Assembly (NCBI GenBank): GCA_963721455.1
Contig: CAVRJG010000048.1
Span: 1-33,845, forward strand
Source of the DNA: an uncultured Methanosarcinaceae archaeon
GTDB lineage: Archaea > Halobacteriota > Methanosarcinia > Methanosarcinales > Methanosarcinaceae
DNA: 33,845 bases
Direction: 5' to 3'
How positions within the stretch are numbered: the stretch's first letter is position 1; every line of letters starts with the position of its first letter. Made by a program: the position numbers and the translations under genes. Under the pieces are notes generated by a model. The model did no database searches and was not told the origin of the DNA. It was given only the letters and a program-made list of their open reading frames with translations. This document shows, one piece after another, positions 29,503-33,845 of this stretch.

Positions 29503-30585
29503 CAAATTAATTTAATGTGTACAGTGGATTATTTAAATATGCTGTCACTGCCACTCTTCTAATTTTCATGGCACTTTCAAACCAGGATATTCCACTTTTG
29601 ATTCTTTGTAATTCCAGTCTGAAAAAAGCTCTTAATGAGAACATTATATGTGCTCTTTGTGACTCTTCCTTCCTTGCCTGACATTTTTCGACACCACAGA
29701 ACTGCTTTATCCCTCTATGATATTCCTCAATTTTCCATGATTTCTTTGCCAAATCCTCACGTTTTGATTCATCCATATCCTGCACATCTGTAACCCAGTG
29801 TTGCGTGTCTCCATCTTTTGAAACAATCCGAAACACCTTCACAAATCCATATGCTTTGAGATGAACCACAAGTCCTTCTGGAGGAATATCTACTGTTTCA
29901 AGTGGTACGTTTCCCTTGTTGTCAGGATTTACCAAACGATTATTTTTTAACCTCGTAAGGAAATGCCATTCTTTCTTCCTTATGGCTTTAAGGTTTTTCA
30001 CACTTGCATACCATGTATCAAACAAAACAAATTCGGGATTAAAACCACGTTCTTCCGCTTTGTCAAGCATATCAAGGAAATGGTCATTTTTCGTTTTGTC
30101 GTCTTCATCGATGTTATAAATTCGAAAATCGAGAGGTATGACGGTTGTACCGTCTGTCCAAACTAAGGTAACCAGGCCTATCCCTTTTACAGTACGATGA
30201 TGTTTTCCACTCCACTGGTACCGAACAAAGCCCATCTTTTCAGAATAAGGTTTATCCAATACTGTATCGTCGACTATTAGATAACCTTCTTTGGGAGTAA
30301 CAAATTTCCTTATTTCAGTCCATAAAGATTCTGTATCTGAAGATTGATTTTGAAGAAGGCGAGTAAAACAATCATGAGAAGGAGCATTGACTAAAGATGA
30401 ATAACAGCGAGCAGCTTCGGTACAACTATAAACGGTAGATGCTGCAATAAGAAAATTGATGTAATCAAGGACAGTACATTTGGGTGGATTTATAGGCATA
30501 ACTCCAACCATTTTCATATTATATAAAAAATGAATTATATTTTAAATGATTTTAAGTTTGCGGTGATTCAAGTGCGTAAGTCCTA
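29448..30585 (-). mobile_element. IS701-family insertion sequence
   Basis: TIRs TAGGAGTTACGCAGTTG / CAAGTGCGTAAGTCCTA around an intact transposase; no matching target duplication. Confidence 0.85.
29507..30499 (-). CDS. IS701-family DDE transposase
   Basis: SHDCFTRLL, LIVDDTVLDKPY, VLFDTWY, SWKIEEYHRGIKQ; start 30499 or 30517. Confidence 0.88.
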   Translation of the reverse strand: MPINPPKCTVLDYINFLIAASTVYSCTEAARCYSSLVNAPSHDCFTRLLQNQSSDTESLWTEIRKFVTPKEGYLIVDDTVLDKPYSEKMGFVRYQWSGKHHRTVKGIGLVTLVWTDGTTVIPLDFRIYNIDEDDKTKNDHFLDMLDKAEERGFNPEFVLFDTWYASVKNLKAIRKKEWHFLTRLKNNRLVNPDNKGNVPLETVDIPPEGLVVHLKAYGFVKVFRIVSKDGDTQHWVTDVQDMDESKREDLAKKSWKIEEYHRGIKQFCGVEKCQARKEESQRAHIMFSLRAFFRLELQRIKSGISWFESAMKIRRVAVTAYLNNPLYTLN

Positions 30586-31139
30586 AGATCAATAAACAAA
30601 TCCTTCTTTTTCAAATTAAGAGTTTTAAAAGCTCTTTTTTATCGTTTTTTACTTAAAATTGAATTATCGAACAAACTTTTTCAGATCAGGAATGAAGTGA
30701 ACCCTCACATCTTATTAGTTCCCTTTAAACCTCTTATCATTGCATTTTGTAAATAATTTTTCTTAGTACCTATTCACAGTAGTTGAAAACTTAACTCTTA
30801 TAGAAACTTTGTCAATAATATTAATTTGTTCTAGATGCTGCGAATGGTCCAAAGCATACCCTGCCTTCTAAGATGAGGTTTCCGCCCACAATTTGATTCC
30901 TTATTTTCATTACCTTCATTAGATTACATTTCTTTCAATATATCCAACTGTAGAATTATGGTCAATTTAATGAAAGAAATTCCAAGGATTTCATGAATTT
31001 ACGTTTTATGTGTGTAAACATTGCACTTTTACTACCTTAATTTGACAGTATTCACTAATTGATATTGAAAATCTGTTCTATTTTTAGCTCAAATTAGTTT
31101 GACAGGAGGTTATGAATCCATCGAATTTTATAATAAATT

Positions 31140-32175
31140 CTAGGGAATAGTGCCCATTTTTGCTACTATTAAGCTATTGATTTTATCAAAATTCGCAAAA
31201 ATATGATTTTTGACCCCGTTTTTCACGAACTTTATTGTAAGTGTCAAATTCTTTAAGCTTTTTTTGATGAATTTTGTGGACTTATGCTTGATTTCCTCAA
31301 ATTCATATCGCATCAGCGATATGAACAACTGAGCAATAAATCCTAAGAGAACAGCTCCATAAATGCTATTATCTGACCAAACCCTTAACGGCTTAATCTG
31401 TAATTCGTTTTTCAATGAGTTGAATATTTTCTCGATAGAGTCCTTCTCTCGATATATTTCTAATGCCTTCTCAAGTGTCAAATTCTTGTTTGATTTAAGG
31501 CAGAAAAATCCTTCTCTTCCATTAATTATCGAGTTTTTCAGAAGTTCTATTGCTTCATCATCACTAAGCTCTTCGAGCTTAGTTGTAAAAGAGTAGTCAA
31601 TCTCAATCAACTCATTGTTGATTCTGAATTTCTTGGGAAGCTTTTTGTTTTTAACAATTATTTCTTGTATCTCTTTTGCTTCCTGTAACTTCTTAAGAAC
31701 AGTTCTTGCCTTTGCTTCCAACTGTTTCTCTTGTAGTGATTCTGAGAAATAAAAATATTTAATGCTATTTGGCTTGACGATCTTAATCCCATAAATACTT
31801 TTTTCAGAATCTATTAGCTCTGCTTTATCTTTATCAAAATTCTCAATGATTTTATCGTCGCTTGCGTTCAGTTTCATGGAAGTAAGATATGTCATCTTAT
31901 CTTCCTGTATTAGCTTAATGTTGTCAACTGTATTTGCACCTTTATCAAAGACAATAAGAGATCCTGTTTTGAGATTTCTCTTTACCTGGTTATAAGTCTC
32001 AGGAAAATGTTGCAGATCAAGAACGTTTCCTCTATTAACTGTAATTCCAATAGGGATGTTAATTGGTTTTCTGAGTTCACTGACTCCAACTGTTATCTGC
32101 AACTTATCAGGTCTATGATCCCTGCTATATCCGTACTTACCAAGCTTGGATTTAGTTCCGTGAAGAACTATACTA
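31140..32175 (-). pseudogene. IS1634 transposase, 3' part
   Basis: ...SIVLHGTKSKLGKYGYSRDHRPDKLQITVG, GNVLD, IVFDKG, YREKDSIEKIFNSLKN...KPLR. Confidence 0.85.
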
Positions 32176-33388
32176 GTGTCGCGTCAATCTTCAAGTGTCG
32201 GATAAAGACGTGATAATTTTATCCTTGCATCTTCTGTTGTGAATTGCCAATTAACCTTTGCATTTTTGTTGTTTCTGAACTTTTGCCAGGCTAATACTTC
32301 TTTCCTAACAGCCTCGATGTTATCCATTCTCCTTTTTAAACATTGACCTGTAAGTACATTCAATTCAATCTCTGCCATATTCAACCAGCTTCCATGTTTT
32401 GGTGTGTACACAAACTCAAACCTGTCCCATAGAGCCTTCGCCTTTTCTGGTGGAAATATTTCATAGAGAGATCCTGGAATATGCGTGTTTAGATTGTCCA
32501 TTACCAGCGTAATTTTATCTGAATTTTCCTGTTGAAGTGCAATTTCTTCCAGAAACCAAGCCCAATCTCGCTTGGTTTTTCTTTCAGTAATTTTCACCAT
32601 TCGTTTTCCTGCCAATGGTTCACAGGCAAGGAATATATTGCACATTCCACAACGTTTATATTCGTAATCATACCTGGCTGGTTTTCCAGGTGAACAGGGG
32701 ACAGGAACCCTGGTTTCTGCAATCAGTTGTTTTGGGGATTCATCCATACATATAACAGGATTTCGTGGATCAAATGGACGCTTATAAACATCCAGAACCA
32801 TTTCCATATTTGCAACAAAGCTACTGTTTTGTTCTGGGGGAATTACCCATCCTTTCCTTTGCCAGGGTTTGACTTCGTTTTTTTAAAGTACGGCGAACTG
32901 TTTCATGAGATATATTCTCGATATAGCCAAGCTCTACAGCCTGATCAGCCAACAATCTCAAAGACCACCTTGCAAAACCTTCAGGGGGTTCACTGCAACT
33001 CAATGCAACTAAATGGGCTTCAAAATCACCATCAACTTTTTTAGCATAAATACGATCTCTTTTTTCCCCGTTGAGAGCAACTTCAAGACCTTCTTCAACA
33101 AATCGTTTCTTAACACGGTCAATTTTTCTCATACTAATATTCAGGATACGTGAGATTTCTTCATTGGTTGAATGGTTAACATTCCATTCACTTTTATCAC
33201 AATTAAGTAAGATCAGAGCATTGAGGATTTTTTGTGAGCTATGTTTGCCCTTTGAGGTAAGTTCACAAAGAGCTTCACGTTCATCTTTGGTAAGTGTCAC
33301 AGTGTATCTATTCATAAGTAATCCTCCAGGATTCTTTATGAACAATATACAATATAAAATTTACGACATTTTATTGTTGACTCGACAC
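32176..33388 (-). mobile_element. IS630-family insertion sequence (1213 bp)
   Basis: TIRs GTGTCGCGTCAA / TTGACTCGACAC; TA duplicated at 32174-32175 and 33389-33390. Confidence 0.92.
32184..33315 (-). CDS. IS630 transposase split into two ORFs joined by a probable -1 frameshift
   Basis: HTH ORF (WSLRLLA, ISHETVRRTLKK) overlaps the DDE ORF (CMDE, VMDNLNTH, YTPKHGSWLNMAE) at TTTAAAAAAAC (A7 run at 32878-32884). Confidence 0.88.
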
Positions 33389-33390
33389 TA

Positions 33391-33788
33391 GTCCAGTCAA
33401 GGTTTATATCAGTCTCTCCAAAACCATAAACAGAAAACAGATTATCTAAGATCTCCGAGAGAATTATCTCCTTATTACGTCCGAGGATCTCAAGAGTCCT
33501 GTAAAGAACTTTTTCATGAAAACTCTTGAGGTTCAAAATCTCGAGAATTTCTTTCTGATTTAACCATTTACTAGCTTCCTTGATGCTAAAATTCTCGGTG
33601 AGCTTATAGCTCACCAAGCCAATTAATAAACTATTGAGATCTAAACCCTTACTTTTATGCTTGCTAAAAACATCAGAAAAATTAAGTTTTTCATAAAAGT
33701 ATTGAACAGCAAGCATCGATCCGATAGAAACACATTTATTCTTGTTAGGAATAGTTGGGAATGCTCTTATTTTTGTTTTTATATTCAT
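33391..33788 (-). pseudogene. IS1634 transposase, 5' part
   Basis: LYRTLEILG...INLDWT, then the frame enters the IS630 end. Confidence 0.85.
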
Positions 33789-33845
33789 TGGACCGAATAA
33801 AACAAAATAAAGAGCACTTATTTTTATTTATCTGTCAAACTCAGG

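Larger units (their letters stand above)
31035..33845 (-). mobile_element. IS1634-family insertion sequence interrupted by IS630
   Basis: Ends CCTTAATTTGACAG (31035) and CTGTCAAACTCAGG (window end); a second AGTTTGACAG copy at ~31096. Confidence 0.75.

Noticed and set aside
30860-30900. GATGAGGTTTCCGCCC resembling a fluoride riboswitch core
   Set aside because: Lacks the pairing 5' GGCG strand and the downstream conserved segment; no fluoride-related gene follows.

Overview
Almost all of the window (~1255-33845) is low-GC archaeal DNA of a methanogen, most likely Methanosarcina (inference from mch, a DUF2124-like gene, Taw2, Trm112, archaeal BRE/TATA promoters and the IS/MITE types). The first ~1.25 kb is a strongly GC-rich, frameshift-riddled alphaproteobacterial-looking fragment (CoA-transferase 3' end plus a MaoC-like hydratase), which most likely marks a chimeric join. 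The archaeal part mixes housekeeping genes (Taw2, mch, U32 family, tRNA-Ser, FKBP PPIase, ppsA, guanine deaminase, YlqF-like GTPase, Trm112) with accessory genes (Afp15/Pvc15-like AAA ATPase, NikR variant, tandem GNATs, RelE-type TA pair, truncated CHAT protein). It ends in an IS cluster: IS6, IS701 and an IS1634 interrupted by a complete IS630. Items missing from the ORF track include a 22-aa acidic sORF whose promoter closely resembles that of the adjacent Yip1-like gene, a 46-aa CxxC/CxxH sORF downstream of ppsA, a DUF6141-like pseudogene, nested MITEs whose ends match the IS701 element, and several tandem repeats. No CRISPR array was seen. Family assignments come from motif recognition by eye, not database searches.
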